A stretch of DNA of 32,666 bases from Hadesarchaea archaeon (lineage in GTDB: Archaea > Hadarchaeota > Hadarchaeia > Hadarchaeales > Hadarchaeaceae): NCBI GenBank assembly GCA_030601665.1, contig JAUWBP010000002.1, positions 1 through 32,666 of the forward strand, in the 5' to 3' direction. A program made the translations under genes and the position numbers. Under the pieces are notes generated by a model, which did not search any database, had not been told where the DNA came from, and saw nothing but the letters and a program-made list of their open reading frames with translations. Of the stretch, positions 8,237 through 16,657 are shown one piece after another (positions within the stretch are counted from its first letter, which is position 1; every line of letters starts with the position of its first letter).

Positions 8237-9328
8237 TTAGAACGCTATGGTTGGGTGTTTCATTCTAATGTTGCATGCACCCTCTGTGGTCACGGCGCAC
8301 GGTCCTACTGGGTGCTCTGGAGTGCACGCTTCGTTAAACAGCGGACATTCACGTGGGTTAATCAGCCCCCTGAGAACATCACCACATCTGCATCCCCTTG
8401 CGAAGTCTTCTACCTCCCCTATCTGAAAGTCAAATTTTTTATGTACATCATACCCTTCGAACTCTCGCCTGAGTTCTAGAGCGGATCTTGGAACCATTGG
8501 AAACCCACGCCATTTTTTATCAACGACTTTAAACACTTGAGCTATCTTCTCCTGTGCCACCACATTGCCCTCGGGACGGACCGCGCGGGTGTACCCAATT
8601 TCTACTTCGTGCCTGCCCTCGCGCAATTGCTTCAGTAGCATCCAGATACTAAGCAGGACATCTATGGGCTCAAACCCGGCAATTACCTGTGGCACCCCGT
8701 AGTGATCCGAGAGATGCTCGTAGGGTTTGGACCCAATTATCGTCGAAACATGCCCGGGACATATGAACCCGTCAAGTGCAACCTCGCCGGACCCGAGCAG
8801 GAACTCCATCGCCGGGGGGATCAGGCGGTGGCACACGAGCAAGCTGAAGTTCTCGGGGGGCCCGCGAAGAACCTCAGCGGCAGTCGTGGGTGCAGTTGTC
8901 TCGAACCCAACAGCCGCGTGAACGACCTCCCGCCCTGGATTTCGTCTCGCCATCTCGACTGCATCAGCCACGCCATAGACTATCCTGACATCCGCGCCGT
9001 CGGTCTTGGCCCCGGCCAACGATGTCCCCGTACCCGGGACGCGAAACATGTCCCCGAAGGTGGTAATGAGGTAACCGCGCCTGGCGAGCTCGATCGCTTC
9101 GGCGATTTCCGCGGTGCTCGTCACACAAACTGGGCACCCCGGGCCGCTGATCACTTCGAGCCAATTGGGAAGCAGGGAGCGGAGACCGAACTTGGTGATG
9201 GTTACCTCGTGACTCCCGCACACGTGCATGAATTTTACCCTGCGATTTGGGTAGAGCCCGCGTATCTCCCGCAGGATTCGGGCCGCTATTTCACGGTCTC
9301 TAAATTTTTTCAACGTTGCGCTCGCCAT
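8237..9328 (-). CDS. hypD: [NiFe]-hydrogenase maturation protein HypD
   Basis: MHVCGSHE, SGPGCPVC, GFETTAP, PGHVS, GFEP and the C-terminal CRCG..CPLF..CTP..PVGPC..EGAC Fe-S motif. Confidence 0.96.
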   Translation of the reverse strand: MASATLKKFRDREIAARILREIRGLYPNRRVKFMHVCGSHEVTITKFGLRSLLPNWLEVISGPGCPVCVTSTAEIAEAIELARRGYLITTFGDMFRVPGTGTSLAGAKTDGADVRIVYGVADAVEMARRNPGREVVHAAVGFETTAPTTAAEVLRGPPENFSLLVCHRLIPPAMEFLLGSGEVALDGFICPGHVSTIIGSKPYEHLSDHYGVPQVIAGFEPIDVLLSIWMLLKQLREGRHEVEIGYTRAVRPEGNVVAQEKIAQVFKVVDKKWRGFPMVPRSALELRREFEGYDVHKKFDFQIGEVEDFARGCRCGDVLRGLINPRECPLFNEACTPEHPVGPCAVTTEGACNIRMKHPTIAF

Positions 9329-9385
9329 TTTTAAGACCCAAAACGTTTTTAATGCCTCATACTGCCTATAAGCTTCGGTGGACGA

Positions 9386-10042
9386 TTGAAAATTTTAGTG
9401 GCAGCCGACTTCCACGGAGCGCCTAATGCCGAAACCAATCTCTCCAAGTTCCTTAAACGCGGTTATGATTGCCTTGTGCTCATAGGCGACCTCACAAACT
9501 TCGGCCCAGCTAATCTATCGAAAAGCATGCTTGAGCGGATCAAGACAATGGGGATACCCACGTTCGCGGTGCCGGGCAACTGCGATCCGAAGGAGATTCT
9601 GCAGGTGCTCGAAAAGTACGGAGTTAACCTTCACAGCAAGTGCGAGCAGCTCGATAATATCACATTCGTTGGACTCGGGGGCTCAAACCTGACCCCCTTC
9701 AACACCCCATTCGAGCTCACCGAAGCGGAGATCCAAGAGGAACTTGCGGCGCTGACCTGCACCACCGGCACCAACTGGGTGCTAGTCACCCACGCCCCGC
9801 CCCACGGCACCAAGCTCGACCAGAGCGACGAAGGTACTCACGTGGGGAGCAAGAGCATTCGCAAGTTCATCGAGCAGAAGCAGCCCCTCGTGGCGCTTTG
9901 CGGCCATGTGCACGAAGCCCGAAATACCGAAAAGCTTGGGCGAACCCTGATGGTCAACCCCGGGCCAATTAGCAAGGGTTATGCTGCTGAGATAACTGTA
10001 GATAAAAATGACGAAATTCAGGCCAAACTGCTCGAGCTCTAG
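9386..10042 (+). CDS. Calcineurin-like metallophosphoesterase (Icc-related)
   Basis: ADFHG, GDLT, PGNCD, THAPP, CGHVHE, NPG. Confidence 0.9.
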   Translation: MKILVAADFHGAPNAETNLSKFLKRGYDCLVLIGDLTNFGPANLSKSMLERIKTMGIPTFAVPGNCDPKEILQVLEKYGVNLHSKCEQLDNITFVGLGGSNLTPFNTPFELTEAEIQEELAALTCTTGTNWVLVTHAPPHGTKLDQSDEGTHVGSKSIRKFIEQKQPLVALCGHVHEARNTEKLGRTLMVNPGPISKGYAAEITVDKNDEIQAKLLEL

Positions 10043-10065
10043 CGGTCGCAAAAATGATGAAATAA

Positions 10066-10254
10066 ATGCCTAAAATGACATGCTGCCCCCGTTGCGGTTC
10101 TTCAAAGCTCAAATGTGCTTCGGGGCTCCCCCATCTCTGGTCCCTTTATGACTGCCAAGAATGCGGGTACCGAGGTTCCCTGATCATCGAGGATGGGGCG
10201 CTCGCAAGAAAAATCAGAAAGCGATGGTTGGGTGAACAAGGGGATAAAGGCTAG
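10066..10254 (+). CDS. Small zinc-ribbon protein
   Basis: CPRCGS..YDCQECGYRG, 62 aa, follows the phosphoesterase after 23 nt. Confidence 0.7.
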   Translation: MPKMTCCPRCGSSKLKCASGLPHLWSLYDCQECGYRGSLIIEDGALARKIRKRWLGEQGDKG

Positions 10255-10571
10255 GTCGGCAGGCAAAATACTCTCTTGGTCATTTTCGAGATTTTCGCTT
10301 GCACCATTTCTTTTTCGACCCCTGCAAACTCATCTGCACTTAGCATCTGGCCGCGTTTGTCCATGTAGTAAATTCTCAAGCTCTTTCCGCTGAAAATACA
10401 GATAAAGTAGTGTGTTCCTCTCACCATCCACACCCTCAGGTCAGGCAACTTGCCTTTCCTCATCACCGACCCCATCTTTACCTGGCGTACATCGATGAGG
10501 TCTACACGTTTTTCCTTAAGCTCGCGCGCGGCGAAATTTCGAAGGGATTTCAAAACGGCTCTTGGCCACAT
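10251..10571 (-). CDS. Hypothetical basic protein (106 aa)
   Basis: Fills the gap 15 nt downstream of egsA on the same strand; 4-nt stop overlap with the convergent ORF; no recognised motif. Confidence 0.55.
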   Translation of the reverse strand: MWPRAVLKSLRNFAARELKEKRVDLIDVRQVKMGSVMRKGKLPDLRVWMVRGTHYFICIFSGKSLRIYYMDKRGQMLSADEFAGVEKEMVQAKISKMTKRVFCLPT

Positions 10572-10586
10572 AGCAAACCCGTCGAA

Positions 10587-11633
10587 CTAAATTACCCCTG
10601 TCGCGCGAGCCAGCCGTTCCGACACCCGCCTGCTTAAACCGCTACCGAGCACGGTATAGCGCTCGGGTCGTATGCGATGCGCCATGGTGAGAGCTCTAAC
10701 CACATATTTCGCCGGGATGCCGAGCTCCTTCGCGTTTGTCGGACATCCTATCGTCCGAAGCGCCTCTCGAGTTCTCTGCCAATCTTCCCCCTGTAAGTAA
10801 GCCATCAATATCGCCCCGACGCCACACTGCTCACCATGAAGAGCAGGTTTGGGAGCGATCTGATCGAGTGCGTGGCTAAACAAATGTTCTGCACCGCTCG
10901 CGGGACGGCTGCTCCCAGCGATCGCCATGGCCACACTGCTTGAAATCAAAGCCTTCACGACCTTGCGTACGCTCTCCTCGGTGTGGCGGTGTACGAGTTT
11001 TGCGTTCTCCATTATGATCTGAGCGCTCAAGAGCGAGAGGGCTACAGCGTATTCGCTGTAGGGTTCACCAAACAATCGATGCGCAAGCTGCCAATCGCGA
11101 ACCGCGGTGAAGTTCGCCACCAGATCACCGCACCCTGCTGCGAGCAGACGATGGGGCGCGCGTTTGATAATGAGCGTGTCAGCGACTATTGCGATTGGGG
11201 GATGGGTTTGGATCGATGTTGGCTTTCGCCCATCCTTGATCGATGCCCGGGAGGATGATATCCCATCGTGGGATGCCGCAGTGGGCACCGAGATAAAAGG
11301 CTTACCTCCATCGAACGAAGCCATTTTCGCTACATCGATGCATGTGCCGCCCCCGACCCCAAGCAGGAAATCAGCTTTGCCCTTGGCCAACTTTCGGACC
11401 CTCGCAACCGTCGCTAGATTTGCCTGCTTGATTAAATCATAGTCTACCTTAAACCCGGTGTGCTCGAGCAGACGCTTGACCCTGCTACCGACCAGTTTGA
11501 AGGTCGTTGAGTCGGCCACGACCAAAGCACGCTCACCAAGACTGAGGCGCTCAGAAACATCCACAACCCGCCCGATCACCCCCGGGCCTATCCAGACCTC
11601 GCGGGGGAGCTCGATGCGTTTGGGCTCTTTCAT
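10587..11633 (-). CDS. egsA: sn-glycerol-1-phosphate dehydrogenase (archaeal lipid backbone)
   Basis: IELPREV, GVGGGTCIDVAK, PTAASHDGISS, SSRPASGAEHLFSHALD, LHGEQCG, RPERYT. Start corrected to ATG 11633. Confidence 0.95.
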   Translation of the reverse strand: MKEPKRIELPREVWIGPGVIGRVVDVSERLSLGERALVVADSTTFKLVGSRVKRLLEHTGFKVDYDLIKQANLATVARVRKLAKGKADFLLGVGGGTCIDVAKMASFDGGKPFISVPTAASHDGISSSRASIKDGRKPTSIQTHPPIAIVADTLIIKRAPHRLLAAGCGDLVANFTAVRDWQLAHRLFGEPYSEYAVALSLLSAQIIMENAKLVHRHTEESVRKVVKALISSSVAMAIAGSSRPASGAEHLFSHALDQIAPKPALHGEQCGVGAILMAYLQGEDWQRTREALRTIGCPTNAKELGIPAKYVVRALTMAHRIRPERYTVLGSGLSRRVSERLARATGVI

Positions 11634-11639
11634 TTTACT

Positions 11640-11692
11640 TACCAGCTCTTCTGTTGGCGGATAAACTTTATATACAAATAATACCAGCTCTT
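11640..11692. repeat. 11-bp direct repeat TACCAGCTCTT flanking the TATA box of the egsA/psmB divergent promoter
   Basis: Exact copies at 11640-11650 and 11682-11692, with CTTTATATA between them. Confidence 0.6.
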
Positions 11693-11736
11693 TATTGCTG
11701 CTTCTAGTGCAGCATCTTTTCAAGCGAGGTATAAGC

Positions 11737-12360
11737 TTGGAGAAACCAAAACTCAAACATCTCAAAGGCACGACAACCGTCGGGCTTGCGTGCAGGGACG
11801 GCGTGGTGTTCGCCACCGATAGCCGGGCCACGATGGGTTACTTCGTGGCGAGCAAGCAGGCGCGAAAGGTGTTCAAGATAACCGACACCATCGGTGCCAC
11901 CACTGCTGGAGGAGTCGCGGATACCCAGAGTTTAGTGAACACGCTCCGAGCTGAGGCAGGATATTATCTGATGCGCGAGGGAATCCCCATAGGCGTGCGA
12001 GCAAGTGCTAGGCTCGTCGCCAATATCGTCCACGCGTACAGCCTATTCCCTTACATCGCGAACCTGCTGGTCGGGGGTACAGATGCCTCTGGTCCCAGGC
12101 TTTTCTTCGTCGACCTTGACGGTGCCCTAACTGAGGAAACCATGATAGCTACGGGATCAGGCTCGCCGGTTGCCTATGGTGTGCTCGAAACCGAGTTCAG
12201 GGAGGGTATGAGCATCGAGGAAGCCTCGCCCATCGTAATCAAGGCAGTGCGAACAGCGATAAAGCGCGACATCGCTACGGGCAACGAGATCACGGTCGCA
12301 GCGATAAACAAGCGAGGATATCGTGAGCTTTCACCCGAAGAGATAAAAAAATTGGCTTGA
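11737..12360 (+). CDS. psmB: Proteasome subunit beta
   Basis: Propeptide ending KG|TTTVGL, DSRAT, TGSGSP, RDIATG; TTG start at 11737 after GAGGT. Confidence 0.95.
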   Translation: MEKPKLKHLKGTTTVGLACRDGVVFATDSRATMGYFVASKQARKVFKITDTIGATTAGGVADTQSLVNTLRAEAGYYLMREGIPIGVRASARLVANIVHAYSLFPYIANLLVGGTDASGPRLFFVDLDGALTEETMIATGSGSPVAYGVLETEFREGMSIEEASPIVIKAVRTAIKRDIATGNEITVAAINKRGYRELSPEEIKKLA

Positions 12361-12387
12361 TCCAAGCTCTGCTTAAAAGGTGACCGC

Positions 12388-14295
12388 ATGGCTGCGGATG
12401 AACTGTTGCAAGAAATAAAACGCATTATGCGAGAGGAGACTCCCTTCGCCAAGGCGATCTCCGACATCGATTTCGAGGGACCCAAGGTGGTGCTTTATTG
12501 TAATAAACTTGACCCGCTCATGGACAACGGTGAAGTGATAAAGGAGCTCGCGCGTAAGATTCGGAAGCGGATAATCCTACGCCCCGACCCCGGAATTCTG
12601 ACCGAGCCTGATGATGCCGAAAAGGACATCCGGCGCCTCGTCCCCGCAGAGGCCGGGATAACCGATGTAATTTTCAGCCGAGATGTAGGAGAAGTCACCA
12701 TCGAAGCGCAGAAGCCCGGAATAGCCATAGGTAAGGGAGGCTCCCTACTCCGCGAGATAATGCGGGAAATCAACTGGACACCCCGGATAGTCCGGGCGCC
12801 CCCCATTAAGTCTGACATCGTGCGAAACATCCGTCGCTCGATGATCCAAGCGGGTGCCAAGCGACGCGATATCCTGCGGAAGATCGGCAGGCGGATTCAT
12901 CGAGAGCCCAAGGCGAAAGGAGACTGGATCCGGTTCACGACCCTCGGGGGGTCGCGCGAGGTTGGACGTTCATCATTTTTGCTCCAAACCCCTGAAAGCC
13001 GGGTCGTGATCGACTGTGGTGTAAACGTCGCATCCGAGGATCGAGCTTTCCCCCACCTCGAAGTCCCCGAAATCAGGCTGCAAGAACTGGACGCGATGAT
13101 TCTCACCCACGCTCACCTAGACCACTGCGGTTTTATTCCCTACCTCTTCAAGTACGGGTTCGAAGGTCCCGTCTACTGTACTCCCGCCACGCGTGACCTC
13201 GCCGTGCTCCTACAGCTGGATTACGTGGACATAGCAGAGCGCGAGGATCGACCGCTCCCTTACAACAAGCGAGACATCATCAATTTCCTTCGCCACTGCA
13301 TCCCACTCGAGTACGGCGATGTCACCGACATCGCGCCCGACATCCGGATTACCCTCCACAACGCAGGGCACATTTTGGGCTCCTCCATCGTGCACGCCCA
13401 CATCGGTGAGGGGCTTTACAACCTCGTGTACACGGGCGACTTCAAGTTCGACCGCACGCGTCTCTTCTCCCCCGCCGTTTGCATGTTCCCTCGCTTGGAG
13501 ACCCTCGTCATGGACAGCACCTATGGGGGTTCTGAGGACATCCAGCCCTTTCGCGCGGACGCCGAAAGAGAATTCATTCGAATCGTGACCGAGACCACGA
13601 AGCGAGGGGGCAAGGTCGTCGTACCGGCATTCGCGGTCGGGCGCGCGCAGGAGATAATGGTCCTGCTCGAGGATTTCAGTAGAAAAGGAATGCTTGACGG
13701 GATACCCGTTTACTTGGACGGGATGATATGGGAAGCGACGGCTATCCACACGGCTTACCCAGAATACCTGTCCCAAGAGTTGCGGGAGCGGATATTCCGG
13801 GCAGATGAAAATCCATTCCTGTCCAAACTCTTCGAGAGAGTGAAAGGCCCTGACCAGCGAGCGCGGGTAATCGACGGAGGCCCGGCGGTGATCGTGTCGA
13901 CGGCGGGGATGATGGCCGGAGGGCCCGTGCTCGAGTACTTCAAGACCCTCGCGCCCGACCCACTCAACACCCTTATCTTCGTCGGGTACCAGTGCGAGGG
14001 CTCCCTCGGGCGTCGCATCCAAAAGGGATGGCGCGAAGTCCCCCTGCGCGGCGAGAAGGGGAGGGTAGTGGAGGCGAAGGTTAACATGGAAATCCGAACG
14101 GTCGAGGGATTCAGCGGGCACTCAGATCGAGCCCAGTTGCTGAACTTCGTGCGGAGGGCCTCACCCAAACCTCAGCGTGTCATATGTGTCCACGGCGATG
14201 AAAACAAATGTACCGATTTGGCAAGTGCGCTGTACAAACTTTTCAGGGTCGAGACGAAGGCGCCCCGGAATTTGGAGACCATTAGGCTCCACTAG
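12388..14295 (+). CDS. fttA: Beta-CASP ribonuclease aCPSF1 / transcription termination factor FttA
   Basis: N-terminal KH domains (IGKGG), LGGSREVGRS, THAHLDHCG, NAGHILGS, YTGD, FSGHSD, VHG, C-terminal NLETIRL; conserved psmB-aCPSF1 pairing. Confidence 0.95.
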   Translation: MAADELLQEIKRIMREETPFAKAISDIDFEGPKVVLYCNKLDPLMDNGEVIKELARKIRKRIILRPDPGILTEPDDAEKDIRRLVPAEAGITDVIFSRDVGEVTIEAQKPGIAIGKGGSLLREIMREINWTPRIVRAPPIKSDIVRNIRRSMIQAGAKRRDILRKIGRRIHREPKAKGDWIRFTTLGGSREVGRSSFLLQTPESRVVIDCGVNVASEDRAFPHLEVPEIRLQELDAMILTHAHLDHCGFIPYLFKYGFEGPVYCTPATRDLAVLLQLDYVDIAEREDRPLPYNKRDIINFLRHCIPLEYGDVTDIAPDIRITLHNAGHILGSSIVHAHIGEGLYNLVYTGDFKFDRTRLFSPAVCMFPRLETLVMDSTYGGSEDIQPFRADAEREFIRIVTETTKRGGKVVVPAFAVGRAQEIMVLLEDFSRKGMLDGIPVYLDGMIWEATAIHTAYPEYLSQELRERIFRADENPFLSKLFERVKGPDQRARVIDGGPAVIVSTAGMMAGGPVLEYFKTLAPDPLNTLIFVGYQCEGSLGRRIQKGWREVPLRGEKGRVVEAKVNMEIRTVEGFSGHSDRAQLLNFVRRASPKPQRVICVHGDENKCTDLASALYKLFRVETKAPRNLETIRLH

Positions 14296-14861
14296 CGTGA
14301 CGGACCTCCCCTGAGTGATGCCAACTCCCGTTTGGTCAGCTCGCGTTTCTTAGCCCGCTTATCCACAATCGTGCTGTGTCCGAATGGGTCCATGAGAATC
14401 AGCCTAACCCTACGCTTCCCTACATACACCTCATCGAGCTTTTTGATTTTTACCTCACCCCGTCGACGCCTCGGAGCATCAACTTTTTCGATTGCCAGCT
14501 TTATCGCCGCCTTGACGCGATCGAGCACTCCCTCGACATTCGACACATAGCCCTGGCTCGCTGGCCCTGGCTCCACGGTCACCCCAAGCTCCGGCAACTT
14601 GATCGTTCCCGTGCTCGATTTCACGACCCTGACCTTGAGGTCTTCTTCAGATGTGATTTGAAACTCGTGGCGTGCAGGGGGCCGCTCGCCCAATGACATG
14701 ACATCCGCATGCTTGAACTTGCAGCTGGTGCAGCTCGCAGAGGTCTCCATTATCTCACCGAAATATGGAATGTTGTCGACTCTGCCCCTGACGCGAAAGG
14801 TGCCCTTAGCTCCGCATATTGGACAACGATCAATAGGGAGTAAAAACTCCCTCTTCCGCAT
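14292..14861 (-). CDS. ZPR1-type zinc finger protein
   Basis: CPICG, IPYFGEI, CTSCKFKHAD, VVKS, PELG, NVEGVL, DPFGHS. Confidence 0.92.
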   Translation of the reverse strand: MRKREFLLPIDRCPICGAKGTFRVRGRVDNIPYFGEIMETSASCTSCKFKHADVMSLGERPPARHEFQITSEEDLKVRVVKSSTGTIKLPELGVTVEPGPASQGYVSNVEGVLDRVKAAIKLAIEKVDAPRRRRGEVKIKKLDEVYVGKRRVRLILMDPFGHSTIVDKRAKKRELTKRELASLRGGPSR

Positions 14862-14875
14862 GAGTTCACCGAAAG

Positions 14876-15259
14876 TTATGCGGCGGTTCTTTTAAATTGG
14901 ATATTGATTAACCTGGGAGTGGCTATTACCTTTGACTCCGTCAAGCGACCCACGTCCCCACCTATGACCTGGCAAATCCCCTTCAGCTGGTCGATCGCTC
15001 GCTTGAGCTCTGCTGGGTCCTGGTTCATTAGCGTAGTGATGTCGAGAATCATGATGTTGCCAGCTCGAAGCTCGTCCGCGACCTCTTGAACGTCAACGAG
15101 ACTGTGAAGGTCCATGCTCTTGACGTAGATGGGCTCGAGCGCGTGAATACCCCTTGGCCTACCAACAGCCTCTTCCTCAAGCTCCATGATCGGTATTTCA
15201 TCGACCGTTTCAGGCCTTACCCCGGACTTTGCCTTGAACAACTTTTTTAAGGATCTCAA
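14876..15259 (-). CDS. sepF: Cell division protein SepF (archaeal)
   Basis: ELRAGNIMILDI..LKRAIDQLK..GGDVGRL..VIATP; typical ZPR1-SepF-PUA context; TTG start after GGAGG. Confidence 0.85.
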   Translation of the reverse strand: MRSLKKLFKAKSGVRPETVDEIPIMELEEEAVGRPRGIHALEPIYVKSMDLHSLVDVQEVADELRAGNIMILDITTLMNQDPAELKRAIDQLKGICQVIGGDVGRLTESKVIATPRLINIQFKRTAA

Positions 15260-15299
15260 ACATTCGCCTCCTAATAAATGGTCGAGGCTTTCAAGCTAT

Positions 15300-15785
15300 T
15301 TAACCTTTCGCTAGAAACCGCCACATTTCATCTCCGACATGGTGCAGGTTCTTGATCACTTTCCCCCTCGAGCCCTGCATCTCAGCCCCGGGCACGAGCG
15401 CTTGCCCAACTGCGATGGGCTTGCCGTGTCGTTCGTCCACGATCGCCACGTTCTCCCCTAGAGTGACTCCCCCGTCCGCAGAAACCACCCCCGGGGCCAT
15501 AATATCGGCTCCGTTGGCGACATGAGGCACCGCCCCCATGTCAACGACCACCCGCTTTAACGGAATTCGATCGAGTGATTTCAACGTCGGAAAAATCTTG
15601 TCGCTCGATCTGACCAAGAGCGCTTCACCCGCAGCCAAGATGATCTCCCCTCCCTCCTCCAGCTCCAAAGCCTCGATCGGCCCCTTCAAAAGTTCAGCAG
15701 CGGACTCACCAAAGCGATCGATGACTTCCCGTGTAAGTTGCCTGAGCAAAGCTTTTCGTAAATGATAACGGCGCTTTATCGGCAT
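15300..15785 (-). CDS. PUA-domain RNA-binding protein (DUF1947/MCTS1-like)
   Basis: FPTL, VVVDMGAVPHVANGADIMAPGVV, KPIAVG, GKVIKNLHHVGD. Start corrected to ATG 15785. Confidence 0.9.
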   Translation of the reverse strand: MPIKRRYHLRKALLRQLTREVIDRFGESAAELLKGPIEALELEEGGEIILAAGEALLVRSSDKIFPTLKSLDRIPLKRVVVDMGAVPHVANGADIMAPGVVSADGGVTLGENVAIVDERHGKPIAVGQALVPGAEMQGSRGKVIKNLHHVGDEMWRFLAKG

Positions 15786-15843
15786 CAAACAAAAGTGGCT
15801 CGATACGCTTAAATACGCAGCTAGCGAGAAGTTGATGATTTTC

Positions 15844-16068
15844 ATGGCGCAGCGACCTCTCGATGTGCTCAACCGTGCCCTTGAATCGTCGGTGCTCGTG
15901 GGGCTCAAGGGCGGACGAGAGCTAAGGGGAAAACTGAAAGGCTTTGATGTGCACGTCAATTTGGTGCTGGAGGATGCAGAGGATATCCAAGGTGGCGAAG
16001 CGGCGAAACGTTACGGGACAATGGTGATCCGAGGCGACTCGGTCGTCTTCATCTCTCCGGCTGAGTGA
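15844..16068 (+). CDS. Sm-like (Lsm) archaeal protein SmAP1
   Basis: [43 protein letters not shown]; upstream of L37e as usual. Confidence 0.95.
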   Translation: MAQRPLDVLNRALESSVLVGLKGGRELRGKLKGFDVHVNLVLEDAEDIQGGEAAKRYGTMVIRGDSVVFISPAE

Positions 16069-16073
16069 GGGAC

Positions 16074-16259
16074 ATGGTCAAAGGTACCCCATCGATGGGC
16101 AAACGCCACAAAGTCGTGCACATCCGTTGTCGGCGCTGTGGAAGGCGCGCCTATCACGTTCAACGAGGCGTGTGCGCGGCTTGCGGCTATGGTCGATCGC
16201 GTCGCATCAAGCACTACAACTGGAAGGTAAAAACTATTCAGGGTTTGCGGCTCCGATAG
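16074..16259 (+). CDS. rpl37e: 50S ribosomal protein L37e
   Basis: [26 protein letters not shown]. Confidence 0.96.
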   Translation: MVKGTPSMGKRHKVVHIRCRRCGRRAYHVQRGVCAACGYGRSRRIKHYNWKVKTIQGLRLR

Positions 16260-16310
16260 CCATACGGAAGTGTCAAACGTTGGATACTGCCTCCTCTTGC
16301 GCTAATTAAG

Positions 16311-16320
16311 AATTTAAGCA
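16311..16320 (+). promoter_or_regulatory. TATA box of tRNA-Ala
   Basis: TTTAAG ends 26 nt before the first tRNA base. Confidence 0.55.
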
Positions 16321-16365
16321 TGGAGTTTCCAACATTGATTGGTGGGCCGGTGGATCAGCCTGGAA

Positions 16366-16396
16366 ATGAAGGGGAAACATCTCCTCGTCAACAGAA
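16366..16396 (+). other. tRNA-Ala intron 1 (D-loop, about 20a/21, 31 nt, relaxed BHB)
   Basis: Internal hairpin AGGGGA/TCTCCT plus TGA/TCA; central helix CTGG/ACAG with one G-A mismatch; bulges AAA and AAT. Boundaries could shift by 1-2 nt. Confidence 0.7.
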
Positions 16397-16413
16397 TGAT
16401 CGTCCGCTTGGCA

Positions 16414-16430
16414 AATTATAATATCTAAAT
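16414..16430 (+). other. tRNA-Ala intron 2 (canonical 37/38, 17 nt)
   Basis: Exon U32-U33-G34-G35 pairs with intron CUAA; bulges CA|A and AU|U. Confidence 0.85.
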
Positions 16431-16482
16431 TGCGGGAGGTCGCGGGTTCGAATCCCGCCCGGTCCACCACTCAAAATGAGTA

Positions 16483-16492
16483 AGTTTTATTG
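16483..16492 (+). promoter_or_regulatory. Possible TATA box of tRNA-Val
   Basis: TTTTAT at 16485-16490, 26 nt before the tRNA. Confidence 0.45.
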
Positions 16493-16515
16493 CTCTTGAT
16501 TCCAAACACAAGTCT

Positions 16516-16620
16516 GGGCTCGTGGTCTAGTGGTTATGAGGGAGTTGGCGTAGCCGCACCCTAACAAACGTCGCCTTGACATGGCGAAGTTCCGGGGTTC
16601 GAATCCCCGCGGGCCCACCA
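16516..16620 (+). tRNA. tRNA-Val(GAC) with a non-canonical intron (16539-16567); CCA encoded
   Basis: Acceptor GGGCTCG/CGGGCCC, A73; anticodon arm TCGCC-TTGACAT-GGCGA; T arm CGGGG-TTCGAAT-CCCCG. The D stem is restored after removing 29 nt. Confidence 0.92.
16539..16567 (+). other. tRNA-Val intron (D-stem, 23/24, 29 nt, strict BHB)
   Basis: Central helix GTTA/TAAC, bulges TG|A and AA|A, flanking helices GGG/CCC and TG/CG. Confidence 0.85.
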
Positions 16621-16630
16621 TCTATTTTTG
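16621..16630 (+). terminator. Oligo-T terminator after tRNA-Val
   Basis: TCTATTTTTG directly after the CCA. Confidence 0.4.
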
Positions 16631-16657
16631 TGTATAGTGTGAGTTTTTAACGATCTG

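Larger units (their letters stand above)
16344..16469 (+). tRNA. tRNA-Ala(GGC) with two introns (about 16366-16396 in the D-loop; 16414-16430 at 37/38); CCA encoded
   Basis: Acceptor GGGCCGG/CCGGTCC with G3:U70 and A73; D stem GATC/GATC; anticodon arm TCCGC-TTGGCA|T-GCGGG; T arm GCGGG-TTCGAAT-CCCGC. Confidence 0.9.

Noticed and set aside
8702-9334. 210-aa plus-strand ORF
   Set aside because: Antisense shadow of the GC-rich part of hypD.
11634-11831. N-terminal extensions of EgsA and PsmB in the ORF track
   Set aside because: They overlap head-to-head; better starts with RBS exist at 11633 and 11737.
13210-14121. 303-aa minus-strand ORF
   Set aside because: Antisense shadow of aCPSF1 caused by codon bias.
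15786-15959. 58-aa extension of the PUA protein
   Set aside because: It overlaps the Lsm gene on the other strand; homology begins at MPIKRR.
16344-16620. tRNA pair as an integration site or split tRNA halves
   Set aside because: Both tRNAs are complete in cis, and I saw no duplicated 3' end or integrase in the window.
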